Assembly (NCBI GenBank): GCA_964016885.1
Contig: OZ024742.1
Coordinates: 224,936,001-225,000,000, forward strand
Source: Eledone cirrhosa
Taxonomy: Eukaryota
Length of the DNA: 64,000 bases
Direction of reading: 5' to 3'
The stretch's first letter is position 1; every line of letters begins with the position of its first letter. Shown piece by piece: positions 26,439-40,647 of the stretch. The position numbers were made by a program, and so were the translations under genes. Under the pieces are notes generated by a model, which had not been told where the DNA came from, did not search any database, and worked only from the letters and a program-made list of their open reading frames with translations.

Positions 26439-29330
26439 AACCATCATCACCACCAACACCACCAGCACCAACAAAACAACACCCCACCACAAGTTACACC
26501 ACTAACACCACCACCAACAACAACAAAACCATCATCACCACCACCAACAGCATCAATAAAACAACACCGCCACCACAAGTTACACCACTAACACCACCAC
26601 CACCAACAACAACAACAAAACCATCATCACCACCAACACCACCACCACCACCAACAACAAAACCATCATCACCACCAACACCACCAGCACCAACAAAACA
26701 ACACCCCCACCACAAGTTACACCACTAACACCACCACCAACAACAACAACAAAACCATCATCACCACCAACAGCGCCAGCACCAACAAAACAACACCACC
26801 ACCACAAGTTACACCACTAACACCACCACCACCAACAACAACAAAACCATCATCACCACCAACACCACCAGCACCAACAAAACAACACCACCACCACAAG
26901 TGACACCACTAACACCACCGCCACCACCAACAACAAAACAATCATCACCACCAACACCACCAACACCACCACCAACAACAACAACAACAAAACAATCATC
27001 ACCACCAACACCACCAACACCACCACCACCCCCACCAAAAACAAAACAATCATCACCACCAACACCACCAACACCACCACCAGGCCCCACCAAAAACAAA
27101 ACCATCATCACCACCAACACCACCAGCACCAACAAAACAACACCACCACCACAAGTGACACCATTAACACCACCACCACCAACAACAAAACCATCATCAC
27201 CACCAGCACCGCCAGCACCAACAAAAGAACACCACCACCACAAGTTACACCACTAACACCAACAACAAAACAATCATCACCACCAACACCACCAACACCA
27301 CCAACACCAACAAAACAACACCTCCACCACAAGTTACACCACTAACACCACCACCACCAACAACAAAACCATCATCACCACCAATACCACCAGCACCAAC
27401 AAAACAACACCTCCACCACAAGTTACACCACTAACACCACCACCACCAACAACAAAACCATCATCACCACCAACACCACCAGCACCAACAAAACAACACC
27501 TCCACCACAAGTTACACCACCAGCACCACCACCACCAACAACAAAACCATCACCACCACCAACACCACCAGCACCAACAACAAAACCATCACCACCACCA
27601 ATACCACCAGCACCAACAAAACAACACCTCCACCACAAGTTACACCACTAACACCAGCACCACCAACAACAACAAAACAATCATCACCACCAACACCACC
27701 AGCACCAACAAAACAACACCTCCACCACAAGTTACACCACTAACACCACCACCACCAACAAAATCATCATCACCACCAACACAAGTTACACCACTAACAC
27801 CACCACCACCAACAACAACAAAACCATCATCACCACCAACACCACCAGCACCAACAAAACAACACCACCACCACAAGTGACACCACTAACACCACCGCCA
27901 CCACCAACAACAAAACAATCATCACCACCAACACCACCAACACCACCACCAACAACAACAACAACAAAACAATCATCACCACCAACACCACCAACACCAC
28001 CACCACCCCCACCAAAAACAAAACAATCATCACCACCAACACCACCAACACCACCACCAGCCCCCACCAAAAACAAAACCATCATCACCACCAACACCAC
28101 CAGCACCAACAAAACAACACCACCACCACAAGTGACACCATTAACACCACCACCACCAACAACAAAACCATCATCACCACCAGCACCGCCAGCACCAACA
28201 AAAGAACACCACCACCACAAGTTACACCACTAACACCAACAACAAAACAATCATCACCACCAACACCACCAACACCACCAACACCAACAAAACAACACCT
28301 CCACCACAAGTTACACCACTAACACCACCACCACCAACAACAAAACCATCATCACCACCAATACCACCAGCACCAACAAAACAACACCTCCACCACAAGT
28401 TACACCACTAACACCACCACCACCAACAACAAAACCATCATCACCACCAACACCACCAGCACCAACAAAACAACACCTCCACCACAAGTTACACCACCAG
28501 CACCACCACCACCAACAACAAAACCATCACCACCACCAACACCACCAGCACCAACAACAAAACCATCACCACCACCAATACCACCAGCACCAACAAAACA
28601 ACACCTCCACCACAAGTTACACCACTAACACCACCACCACCAACAACAACAAAACAATCATCACCACCAACACCACCAGCACCAACAAAACAACACCTCC
28701 ACCACAAGTTACACCACTAACACCACCACCACCAACAAAATCATCATCACCACCAACACCACCAGCACCAACACCACCAGCACCAACAAAACAACACCGC
28801 CACCACAAGTTACACCACTAACACCACCACCACCAACAAAATCATCATCACCACCAACACCACCAGCACCAACACCACCAGCACCAACAAAACAACACCG
28901 CCACCACAAGTTACACCACTAACACCACAACCACCAACAAAATCATCATCACCACCAACACCACCAGCACCAACAAAACAACACCGCCACCACAAGTTAC
29001 ACCACTAACACCACCACCACCAGCAACGAAACCATCATCAGCACCAACACCACCAGCACCAACAAAACAACACCGCCACCACAAGTTACACCACTAACAC
29101 CACCACCACCACCACCAACAACAAAACCATCATCACCACCACCACCACCAGCACCAACAAAACAACACCACCACCACAAGTTACACCACTAACACCACCA
29201 CCACCACCACCAACAACAAAACCATCATCACCACCATCACCACCAGCACCAACAAAACAACACCGCCACCACAAGTTACACCACTAACACCACCACCACC
29301 AACAACAACAAAACCATCATCACCACCAAG
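22300..29330. repeat. 7-kb CA-rich minisatellite (~92-bp unit) with higher-order duplications
   Basis: Unit CAAG(T/G)TACACCACTAACACCACCGCCACCACCAACAACAAAACCATCATCACCACCAACACCACCAGCACCAACAAAA(G/C)AACACC. Identical ORF blocks recur at offsets of 1611, 1054 and 977 bp. Confidence 0.95.
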
Positions 29331-29689
29331 GCAGGCCACCCGCAGTTAATAGTGGCATGTGTTACAAAGGACAACAGACTTAGTTTACCCCACCCCTTCT
29401 TCTCATCCTTCCATTCCTCCCTCCTTATTATCATCATCTTCCACTTTTTTCCTCTCATCCACTCCTACCCCTTCTAATTCAATTCCTACGCCTCCCTCTG
29501 CTCCACTTCCTCCACCCACCTCTTCACATTATTTCACTTCACCAGGAATTCTACCTTCTCTCCAACAAACACCCGATATTTGAAGAAGTTAGTGTTGTTA
29601 CTCTTGTGGTTGTTACTTTGTTATTGTAGTGTTGCCTGTTGCTGTTGGTGGTGAGGATTTTGTAGTTGGTGTTTGTCCTGCTATTGTTG

Positions 29690-29866
29690 TTACTGTTGCT
29701 GTTGTTGTAGTTGTGGTTGTGGTTGTGGTTGTGGTTGTTGTTGTGGTTGTTGTTGTTGTTGTTGTTGTTCTTCTTCTTCTTCTTCTTCTTCTTCTTCTTC
29801 TTCTTCTTCTTCTTCTTCTTCTTCTTCTTCTTCTTCTTCTTCTTCTTCTTCTTCTTCTTCTTCTTG
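29690..29866. repeat. (GTT/GTG)n followed by (CTT)n microsatellite
   Basis: Direct reading; (CTT)n at about 29770-29865. Confidence 0.95.
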
Positions 29867-29908
29867 TAGTTGTGGTTGATTTAGTTGTTGGTGTGTTGGA
29901 GGGGATGG

Positions 29909-30508
29909 CATGACCGGATTTATAAAGGGGCGGACGGGGAATTTGCCCCAGGCCCCTCATCAGATGGAGGCCCTATAGGCATTGTGGAGTCTAGCATAAT
30001 AGCTCTGACCAGGGACTACCTGTGTACCCCTGATGGGCTATTTGGTTTTATCTTTTATACATCTAACAAAAAGTACTTAATGTCAATCCTGTGGTCAATT
30101 CATCAAAATTTCTCTACTTTAGAAACATCAAATCGTTACCCGAGCAATATTTAATAAAAAATACTTATGGCAATTCATCAAAATTTCTCTACTTTAGCGG
30201 CATCAGATGGTTGTTGTAGAAGACAGGGGATATGATCGCCCAGTTTTATGCAAGAATATGGCGTATATGTGTATGGATATGGGTATGTGTGCTTATGTGT
30301 GAGTTTTAAGTATCTTTAAGTGTGGTTAGTGCACTTAAAATGAAGATATTTTCATTTAAGATCTGTATGTATAACTTGACAATTCCAGTTGTATGCGGCA
30401 AGCCGACTTTGATAACTTGGGGGTTTGTAATGTATTTTTATTTTTTGTGCATGCGGAACCCCCAGATCTGCAGTGCCCCGGGCCCCGCAAGTTTTAAATC
30501 CGACCCTG
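29909..30508. mobile_element. Non-autonomous TIR element (hAT-like MITE)
   Basis: Ends CATGACCGGATTTA / TAAATCCGACCCTG with subterminal GCCCC(A/G)GGCCCC motifs; no clear TSD. Confidence 0.55.
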
Positions 30509-30754
30509 TCGGTGGTTTTGTTGTTGGCTGTGGTGTTACTGTTGTTGTGGTGATGGTCATGGTGGTAGAGTTACTGTTGTTGGTGTTGTTTTTAGGGGTG
30601 ATAGAGGTGTGGTTGTTATAGTGGTATGTGGTATATGTGTTTTTTAGTGTGCGTGAATGCTATATGTGCATCTGTGTATGTGTAACTATGTTTGTTTGAA
30701 GGATTATGTTTTCGTACGTGTGATCTGTTTGCTTTGCACGTATGGGTAGCCAAT

Positions 30755-30882
<128 letters not shown>

Positions 30883-30917
30883 ATTAAATAAATAGATAGA
30901 AAGAGAGATAGATAGAT

Positions 30918-33900
30918 TTCTTTATTTACCATAAAGGCATAAAAAGAAGGGACAAATACAAAGGGGGAGTTTACATATAATCGAGTAAAAAGGGTGTAAC
31001 ATGAAAATAATCGAAAATAACCTCAAAAGGGAGGGGACGTGATGGGGGTTGCACACACCCCCGAAAAAGTGTGCAATCCTTTGCCCGGGGAGCACATGGA
31101 GAAGGTGCTCCCCTCTCCTTTACTTCTTTACCTACAGGATGGTATACAGAGAAGGCCCATTTACACGAGCCATTCTCGCCACTATCACCCACCTTTCATA
31201 AAACTGCCTGTGGCCAAGCACCTCTCTCTCCATTCTTATCCTTCTTCCGAAGTGATATCGGAAGAAGTAGACCAGACTATGGCCAGAGAGGAAGTTGCCT
31301 GACCTCAGACCTTTCAATCATGTCCACCAAACAACCTCTTTCAACATGGCTATTACGCACAGAAAAACCGCCTTTGCTTCCTTTGTGAAGAGGGGAGGCG
31401 GTTTGATTGTCATCACGGACTCGGCGGTCAATTTAATCGGCGCCACCCGCGACAGCAGTCGTTCGGCGTAGCCCCACAGATCAGCCACGCCCAGACATTG
31501 CACCAATGCGTGCGTAACGGTTTCTTCGTGACGCACGCATCTAGGGCAAATCTTTTTTGAGGGATCCCTGCCCGGGCGCCCGTGTCTGTAGAGCCTCTCT
31601 CGAACGGGTAGAGCCCCCCGGTAGCACTGCCAGGCCAGTGACTTCTGGAAGTTGTCCATTGGTCCTGGGCCGAAAGTCCTACCGAACAGGCTGGCCAGTT
31701 CGTCTTCCTCCATGTCCAGCGACTCTCCAAGGGTGTCATCGCCCCTGCTAGCCACCAGCCCTCTATAGAATGATGAGGTGGATTCTCCACCGATGGCCTG
31801 GCCCGCTTGCCAGAGAGCCCTGAGCGCCTGAGCACACTCAGTGTGCCAGTCTCCCAGTTTTCCGGATCTTTGCTTGACCCAGGACTGTAGCTCGGTGAGC
31901 GAGACGAGTCTCGGAAAGGCTCGTTTCACGAACGGAGCCCACACCGGTTGACCAGTGAGGAATACCTGTAGGTGCCGTAGCCTTAATGCGTGCCTACGCA
32001 TCATCAACCACGGCATCCCCAGCCCTCCTTTCGAAGGTTGTTGGCAGCAGATGGATCTTCTCACCATAGGAGGACGCTTCTTCCAAAGAAATTGGAAGAG
32101 CATGCGTTCCATGGTGGTGAGTGTTTCCTTAGGGCAAGGCACGACAGTCAGGCGGTAGTAAGTGACGGACGCTATGTAAATGTTCGCCACCTCCGCCCGG
32201 CCTTTTAGGGACAGCTTACACTTGGCCCATTTCTGGGTTAGTGCAAACACCTTGTTCGTAACCTCGTTCCAGTTCTTTTCCACCTGGAGGTCCGGTCCAA
32301 ACCAGACCCCAAGCAACTTTACCGGGCCCTCCGTCCAGTGTCCGACGACACCGTCAGGAGGCATCGGTCTGCCTCTCCACGTTCCGAGTTGCAGCCCGAT
32401 GGATTTTTCCCGGTTCAGTTTCGCTCCTGACAACCTTTCGTACTCCTCCAGTAAGGTACCGATCGCCTCGATCTCCGAGTCGGTCGATACCATTACTGTT
32501 ACGTCATCGGCGTAGGCCGACACCGCTTTGCTCAATCCTGGTTCCAGGGGGATACCCTGCAACAACTCCAACTTCCTCAGTAAAGGCTCGAGAGTCAATA
32601 CGTACAGAAGGGAGGAGAGAGGGCACCCCTGTCGAATGGATCGTGTGATTTCGAACGGCTTCGAAAGGTAGCCGTTCACCTTGATCCTAGAACAGATGTG
32701 GTTGCTATGTAGGGCAGTGATCCAGCCTCTGAAAACAGGACCGAACCCAGCCGCCGCTAGCACCGCATCCAGGTAACCATGGTCGACCCTATCGAAGGCC
32801 TTAGACTGATCTAAGTTGATCAGGGCCCCACCGAAGCCGGGTTTGTTGCCAACCCTCTCTATGATGTATCGCATGAGGTGGAGGTTATCGTGAATGTACC
32901 TGGATGGGATAGCACATGTCTGCGCATCTCCCACCAGGCCACCCACGACAAGCGCCAACCTCTTTGCTAACACCTTTGCCAAAATCTTTAACTCTGTGTT
33001 TAGCAGGGTTATGGGCCGAAAATTATTTATATTATCCCCCTTGTTCTCGTCCTTCCTCACCAGCGTGACTACGCCCTTGGCTACAGAACAAGGAATTCTC
33101 CCGTTCTGCTGCCAATTGCAGTAGACCGCTTCGAGGAGTTCGGAGAAGAAGACCGGCATTGCTAAATAAAGTTCGTAAGGTATACCATCGAGACCTGGAG
33201 ATTTGCGTCTGCTGCATTGGCTCAGCGCATCTCCGATCTCATCAGCCGAGATTGGTCCCTCGCAGGACTCTGCCTCTTCGTTCGAGAGACGCGGCAGGCC
33301 GTCGAGGTATGGACCGAAATCCACGTCCCCGTCCGGACCCTCGCCTCCCCCTAGCAATCGGGCAAAGTGCCTTTGAAAGGCCTCGCACATCTGCTTAGGC
33401 TCCCGGATCACCCGTCCATCTTCGTCTTGCAACGACCGGATGGTGGATCGATTTCCACTCTTAGCTTCTGTCACGCGGGCCCATCCAACGGCTTTGGCCC
33501 CCTCATTACCTAGAGCACGTATTTTACTTCGGATGACGCAGCCTTCGTGCTTTGCATCGAAAAACTGGTTCAAGGCCGTCCTCGATGCCAGCACTCTGGC
33601 CACATCTTCGCCCTTGATTGCCTCTTCTAATTTACCTGTTAATTCTTTCTCGTTTCTATTCCTATCGGCAGCTAACATCTTGCTATAACTTATTGATTCT
33701 GTTCTAATCTCTCTTTTGAGAGATGCCCACCATCGGTTGTTGACGATTGCACCCGTCAACCCCTCCTTAACTAATCTGCTAATCCGGTTTCTGTAAGTCT
33801 TTTTTGCCGGTAAAGACAAATTAAGTTTCCAGTAACCGGGACCCTGTCTATGTGTTTTCTCGAGATTGACCACGCAGGTCACTAATTTGTGATCCGTGTA

Positions 33901-34844
33901 GCCAACCGTGCGCATTTCTGGACAGCTTAATATGTCCCTATCCTTACTTCTAACTAAGAATCTATCTAAGTACGATCTAGATTGACCACTGTGGTTTCTC
34001 CAAGTCCAGGTAGGCACAGTTGGAAAATCTAGTCGATATCTATCGACCAAGTTAAAACGGTCGAGTAACCCCTTGAGGCTGTTACACCCCCCTCTATTAG
34101 GACATGCTCCTGCATAGTCCCAACGTGCATCCAGGATGTCATTCCAATCCCCCGCTAGAAGCAGGGAACGCGACGTTCCCAGAAAAGTCTCCAAACGCTG
34201 GAAGAAGTCGGGCCGTTCAGCTCCGAAAGGGGAGTAGACGGCGACCAGTCTCAAGGCCGCACTTTCACTACTGCCAACGTCTAGCACCAACAAACGACCT
34301 TCCGGGTCCGAGTGCACAACCTGTACGGCAAGACCCAGGTGTTTTTGCAGCAGTACGACAACCCCACCCCCACCTCCAGGTTGACAGAGAGATGCATGCA
34401 CCTCAAAGTCATCGAAGGTGGGGGCCAGCTGCCGCACGACGCTGATTCGAGTCTCACAGATAACCATTACATTTATACTACATGACCTGAGGTCATTTAG
34501 AAGCTTTGCTTGCTTCCAAGTTGAGCCCAGGCCACGTGCATTCAAACATCCTACTCTTAACACATCCATGTGGGCGGCAGAGCCAAAGGAGAGTGTAGAG
34601 ACCTACCTTTCCGCTTCCCGGGGTTCGGGTTGCACGACTTCCATGGGGTCGGGGGTGTTGGGTGAAGGGGTGTCTTGTGGTGTTGTGGGGTCGTCAGTGT
34701 GTGGTGGGGTTGTGGTGTTTGGAGTTGTGTTGGGGAGGGGAAGGGGAGGGGGAAAGCTTTTTAGTAGGACGCGGTTTATGGGTTTGACAGAGGGTGGTCC
34801 TACGTCCTCCTTAAAATCCTTTTTTAGTTTTTGGTAGAGGTTCA
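30918..34844 (-). mobile_element. Tx1/L1-clade LINE, 5'-truncated in ORF1, with 22-bp TSD
   Basis: ATAGAAAGAGAGATAGATAGAT at 30896-30917 and 34845-34866. ORF1 tail at 34603-34844, ORF2 below, and a 3'UTR ending in AATAAAGAA. Confidence 0.9.
31132..34569 (-). CDS. LINE ORF2: APE endonuclease + reverse transcriptase + CCHC-type zinc finger; one in-frame TGA at 31318-31320
   Basis: APE motifs CLNARGL, ICET, AGDWND, SYLDRFL and TDHK; RT motifs NFRPITLLN, LDQSKAFDRV, IRQGCPLS and AYADD; CPRC...ETVTHALVQC. The frame continues 61 aa past the TGA. Confidence 0.92.
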
Positions 34845-34962
34845 ATAGAAAGAGAGATAGATAGATAGATAGATAAGTATGTGTGTGTGTATAAGTGTAA
34901 ACATGTACATAAATATGTGTCTGTGTGTGTGAGTATGTGTGAGTAAGTATGTGTGTAAATGT

Positions 34963-35003
<41 letters not shown>

Positions 35004-35191
35004 TTTGTGGAAGTATGTGCATATTTGTATGTATAAAGCATTGTTCTCATAATGTAGGTAGGCCATAGTATTTTCAAAGCCTCGTTTTCATAATGTAGAG
35101 ATTATGGGAGGCAATATGGTATCAAAACTTCCTTCTTGTAATGTGGATACGTTGAGAGAGAATAGATAATGTACCAAAGCCACATTTTCAT

Positions 35192-35290
35192 AATTGTTTC
35201 TACTTTTTGGCACAAAGCCAGCAATTATCCCAGTGCATTACTGGTACTTTATTTTATCGACCCCGTAAGGATGAAAGGCAAAGTTAACCA
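35192..35290 (-). mobile_element. SINE family A fragment
   Basis: TTTTGGCACAAAGCCAGCAATT...CTGGTACTTTATTTTATCGACCCCGTAAGGATGAAAGGCAAAGTTAACC. Confidence 0.75.
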
Positions 35291-35939
35291 CATTTTCATA
35301 ATGTAAATTTAGTGGGATAATTTGTATCAACGCTTCGATCTCATAATGTACATATATTAAGATTTCGCTATTTCAGAGCACCAATTCTAATTTTCAATTT
35401 CTGCTTGACCGGCAACCGCTCTGTATAATCAGTTCCTGATTATTACTGGAATTCTATAAGAATCCAACATTCATAATTTTCAGCAAACAGGCAGAGTAGT
35501 TAGCTTTGATAAGTACCAACAAGTACGAAACAGAGCTCTGTCAGCTTTATTTCCCCTGTTTGATGAAAATTGAAGTAAGTGAGACTGTCACTACTCTAAA
35601 ACAGTAGCGTAAGGTCTTCGAAATGATTTTAATTAAGCATACAGTGTATTGCAAAATACACTGTATATATATATATATATATACAAACACACATTTGTTA
35701 TCATTATGGCTGACTGTGTTTGTTGTTTAGCTGTTTGGTGGATGTGCGTTCGATGCTTCACTTTCATTTGTTGGTGTTGTTATTGTTAACTTGGTGTTTT
35801 TGTTTGTTTTTGATTTTGAAATTTTTTTTTCTTTCTCGTCTCCAGCAGTGTTGATTAATGATATTTACTGAGCGATTGGGATATTGTATCATTACGGAAG
35901 ACATAGAGGGCGGGGTGAGACAGGTAGAGAGGGGAGCAA

Positions 35940-36026
<87 letters not shown>

Positions 36027-36047
36027 AATATATATATATATGTGTGT

Positions 36048-36102
<55 letters not shown>

Positions 36103-36135
36103 CAGTACAATCACATATGTGCATGTATGTATGTA

Positions 36136-36182
<47 letters not shown>

Positions 36183-36237
36183 AAATTGTGTGTAAATTGT
36201 GTGTCTAATATAAGTTAGTAACTCTCTATTTTATTTG

Positions 36238-36325
<88 letters not shown>

Positions 36326-36749
36326 AGAGGGGGAGAAAGAATGATAGATACATACATGCATATATACATACACATATGCGACTGTAAAAGAATTCTCATC
36401 ACCTGCCTTCACCATCTGATGATTGCCTTCAGGCATGTAAATCTGAATAATGAGATATAAAGTGCTCAGATTTAATGTGTGTATGCATGTATATGTATTT
36501 ATATATATATGTGTGTGTATATATGTTCTTCTGGTTTTATAATTTCACAAAGTGTTTCCCAATAGAGAGAGAGTCGGTTTCTAACATAGACAAGACTCTC
36601 TCATTGTAATTTAGACATCAACTAGGTAGATTATGTATGTATGCATGCATGTGTAGATATGGATGTTAGTGTATGTGTGGATGTGTTTCTTTTGAGTTGT
36701 ATGTGTGCATGTGTATATGCTTTGTATCTGTACATGTCTATATGCAGTT

Positions 36750-38600
36750 ATTCGATGCAAAACTTTAGCAAGTTGGAGGGCCTCTATCATCCAAGAGTGG
36801 GGAACAGAATCGAAAGCTTTCCTGTAGTCCAGCCAGACTGTAGCCATATTCCTCCTAAGTTGTCGCACCTCCGACATGGCAGTTTTGTTGATTAGGAGTT
36901 GTTCAGCACATCCCCAAACCCCTTTCTTTCCAGCTGCTTGTTCATCTGGGATGATGTTATTATTTTCACAGTGATCTAGGAGGAATAGGTTCAGGCAGGC
37001 TGTATACATCTTATACATCAGGTTCTGGCATGCAATGGGTCGGTAGTTTTTTGCAAAGTGGCTGTCTTTGTTCTTGGGGACCAGTAATGTTTGTGCTAAT
37101 GTCAACCATTCTGGTATAAGTGTATCTCCCTTAAGAACTTGTTGGTAGAGGTCTGTAAGATACCTCCGATAGAAGATCAGTTTTTTTGTACCAGTACCCG
37201 ACAATCTTGTCTCTTCCTGGTGTTTTCTCATCTTGGAGTTTTCCTATCACAGTCTCAAGGGTACCCTCACTGATTTCGTATGTTTTTGTTGTAGTGTAGG
37301 AGCAATAGTTCTTTCAGATTTCTTTTAGCCACACTGCATCTTGGTTGAAATTCTTCTTTTCACCCCATATTTTTATCCAAAAGGAATCTATGTCTTTCTG
37401 GGCCTCAGTGACATTTATTATTTTGTTCTTCATATCTCTATAGACTGATGTTTGGTTTCGTCTGAATCTTTTATTAAGCACTTTTCTTTCATCTACCTTC
37501 TTCAGGTATCGGCGTTTTTCGCTAACAGCTCTCAATTCTTGTTTGAGGGTGATCAGCTTATATTGAAGAGTTCTGGTTCTACTGTTACCAAACATCGTCT
37601 CTATTTTATTTTTCACTCTTTGTTGGTGAGGAGTGAGGTTTTTTGTGTTTGTTTTCATGTAAGGAGCATTGTCACATATCCTATGGTTTTTCGTAGGTCA
37701 GCAATCTTTTTTTCTATTTTATTTATATATGATGGTATTTTTGGTGGTGTTTTGTTTTTGTTAATATCTCTGTCGTTTGCCAAAATGTTGGGGTTTTTAT
37801 CCGTCGTAAATATTCATCCCCTATTTCGACAATAACACGTAATATTTCACTATTTGGTTTTTTATTAAACATTGTCGTTTTAATACGTTCAGCAAGAGAG
37901 ATATTTATAGATGAATTAATTTCTCTCTGGAAGATTTCGTTGAGGGAAATTTTCAATTGTTTATACTTTTGATTATTATCCTTATCGATAGTATTTTCCC
38001 CCAACAGTCGAGGTAGACTCGGATGGTACACGTGGCGTCAAATTTCTTCGATTATTATTATTATCGATAGTGTTTTCCTCAGCATTCAAGGTAGACTTAG
38101 ATGGTGCAGGTGGTGTCAAGTTTCTTACAGGCATAGTTGTTTCAAGGCACTGTTCAACCTGGCTGCTAGGAAGTCTAGTAACATGGCGATCTGTAGCACG
38201 TGTTGTTGATCCCATGTTTGTTGTGGAGGACTTACAATTAATAATATTTATCTTATTTTTACGTTCAACAAACGTCGCTTGTTGGCGTAATTGTTTTGCT
38301 GTGAAATAATTTAGCTCTGGGTGCATTTCGTTCCAGTGTAGCTTCATTCTGTTCATATAGCCAATGGATGGATTCTTTTTTGCCATTTTATAACAATTAA
38401 ATAAATCATCATTAAGTTCGCAACTCCAAGAGAAATGCGATTTATAATTTCGGTTTCTTCTGTAGCTACAACTGAATAAAGTTTGTTTACCTTTCTCATT
38501 GTTTGTCTACGATACTTCCTTAATGTTGTTGTTGATGTTGTGTTCAGCCATGCTGTTTGTAGCAAATCCTTGTAAAAGGAATTATGTATTTAGTCGGATA
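36750..38600 (-). pseudogene. R4/Dong-like (RLE-type) non-LTR retrotransposon, N-terminus and RT start; frameshifted and 3'-truncated
   Basis: NYRPIACQNLMYKMYT, EQAAGKKGVWGCAEQLLINK and WLDYRKAFDSVPHSW; upstream pieces GYMNRMKLHW...TAKQLRQQA and NKRFRRNQTSVYR...FWIKIW resemble the R4 clade. Confidence 0.75.
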
Positions 38601-39004
38601 TCTCTACGAATTCGCATAAAAGGTGTCTTCAGAAGATATAGTTAGAAGAATAACCAGTTATTCAACATGACTGTAGTTGTGGCATTACTGTCGGAGATAG
38701 TATTCATCTTAAATTTAATAAATAGTCTCCCACGTCAAAATATGCGACTGATCGCGTTGACTGTGTTATGTTGACTGTATGTATGTATATATGTATATAT
38801 GTATGTATATGCTTGTGTATATATTTATATATATATATATATAAGCCTAAATATATATATATGTATATATACCTATATACAGAGAAATTCCGTTATAACG
38901 AAATTCACGGGTATTAAAAAAATTCGTGTAACGAGACCGACCTAACACATCGGGCATGTGGCCGGGGATTGAAAAAAAATGTTGTTATACTGAAAAATAT
39001 TATA

Positions 39005-39345
39005 CTGATTCCACTGACACGTGTACCTTTCACGTAATTCTCAGGGAGATTCAGTTTGTGACAAGGCTGGGTCTTTGAATTACAAGCACAATCCATTTTG
39101 TATTATAGTGTCAGTGGCTGAGTATTCCACAGACACGTGTACTTTTAACCTAATTCTCAGGGAGATTCAGCGAGACTGTGTGTGTGATACGGCTTGCCTT
39201 TTGAATTAGAGGTACAGTCTATCTTGTGTTTATTGTATGTGACTGAGTATTCCAAAAAGCACGTGTATCCTTAAGATACTCAGGGAGATTCATTATGACA
39301 TGAAATGTAACAAGGCTGGTCGTTTGAGTTACAAGTGATGGGTTT
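39005..39345. repeat. Degenerate ~120-bp tandem repeat (3 copies)
   Basis: ATTCCA...CACGTGTA...CTCAGGGAGATTCA...AAGGCTGG recurs at about 39008, 39124 and 39249. Confidence 0.6.
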
Positions 39346-39649
39346 CTCATCTTCTTCTCAGCAGTTCTGTTTCCTCCAAAACATAAACATACATAGGCAC
39401 AGTGGTTTTCCAATAACACGGGCGGGAGGAGACAATTGACCGCATAAGATGCGGGCCCAATGAATTCATTTAAAACTGTAATTCGTAACTAATCAGAGTT
39501 TCTTTAAAGTGACAGAGATCTTTAAAGTGACAGTATCTGACTTTTGAAGTCTAAAGTCTGTCTCGAGCCCGTTAGCTCACCAGGCCGGTATTAATCCCGG
39601 TTTCTGTGGCGTGACACGACTGAGTGTACAAGGGTTAAGCATCCCGCTA

Positions 39650-39795
39650 TTGCTGGTACTCATTTTCAGCTGAGTATACTGGCGCAACATGAAATGAAGT
39701 GTTTTGCTCAAGAACACAATACACAACCCAGCCAAGTAACCAAACCCACGACATCAGGATCGTAAGTCCAACACCCTTACCCCACGCCTCCACTT
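39650..39795 (-). mobile_element. SINE family B
   Basis: TTGCTGGTACTCATTTTCAGCTGAGT...GCAACATGAAATGAAGTGTTTTGCTCAAGAACACAA...CACGCCTCC. Confidence 0.75.
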
Positions 39796-39888
39796 CTATA
39801 TATATATATAGCGTGAACTCTTTCGTTATATCCCCATAGGGAAAACACAATGAACGATAGGCGGTCATCTTGGGTTTTTATTTTTCTC

Positions 39889-39950
39889 GTGACAGGCTGA
39901 AGAAATTGGGGCCCAAAACCCAATGAAACTTGAGTACCAGTTTATGTCAC
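39889..39950 (+). ncRNA. Type I hammerhead ribozyme motif with an extra A after the core
   Basis: GTGACA-GG-CTGAAGA-A-ATTGGG-GCCCAAAA-CCCAAT-GAAA-CTTGAG-TA-CC-AGTTTA-TGTCAC, inside a ~150-bp unit between (TA)n tracts. Confidence 0.7.
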
Positions 39951-40109
39951 TGTTGTAATTATTTATATATATATATATATAGCAAAATTCCCATACAAAC
40001 GTGTGTATATGCACACACACACACACAGACACACACACACACACACAAACTACATTAAAAAATTCAGATACACACGCACATTGCCATCAACGATACGCAA
40101 CCACACACG

Positions 40110-40203
<94 letters not shown>

Positions 40204-40466
40204 AACAGAAGCAATAATGCACACCTACGAAGTGCACTCAATCTACATACACATAAAAACATCCTTGACAAACCTAGATTCCCCCTACCACCCGTAGAAT
40301 CTTAAACCTTTTTTTTTCTTCTAACTTTTTCTATCTCTCTCTTCGAACTCTCCACTTCCTGAAGAAGAACTTATGTCCACGACGTCAAACACTCTTCTAA
40401 TTCTTCCTAAGCGAGAAAATAATAATACTTTATGTTCTTGCATCTCTTTGTTTATCATTTCTTGAA

Positions 40467-40569
<103 letters not shown>

Positions 40570-40600
40570 AAGAATCAAAGAACTGCTCAAAACATTATTG

Positions 40601-40647
40601 TGCTTACAGCTGTTTCCTCCAAACCGAGGTTTGGATTCTTCGGAGCA
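40601..40647 (-). ncRNA. Hammerhead ribozyme motif in PLE pseudo-LTR 1 (core CCGAAGA)
   Basis: Minus strand: TGCT-CCGAAGA-ATCCAAAC-CTCG-GTTTGGAG-GAAA-CAGCTG-TA-AGCA. Confidence 0.75.

Noticed and set aside
22057-29458. Pro/Thr-rich ORFs in the CA-rich array
   Set aside because: The 92-bp unit is not a multiple of 3, so frames shift and stop every unit.
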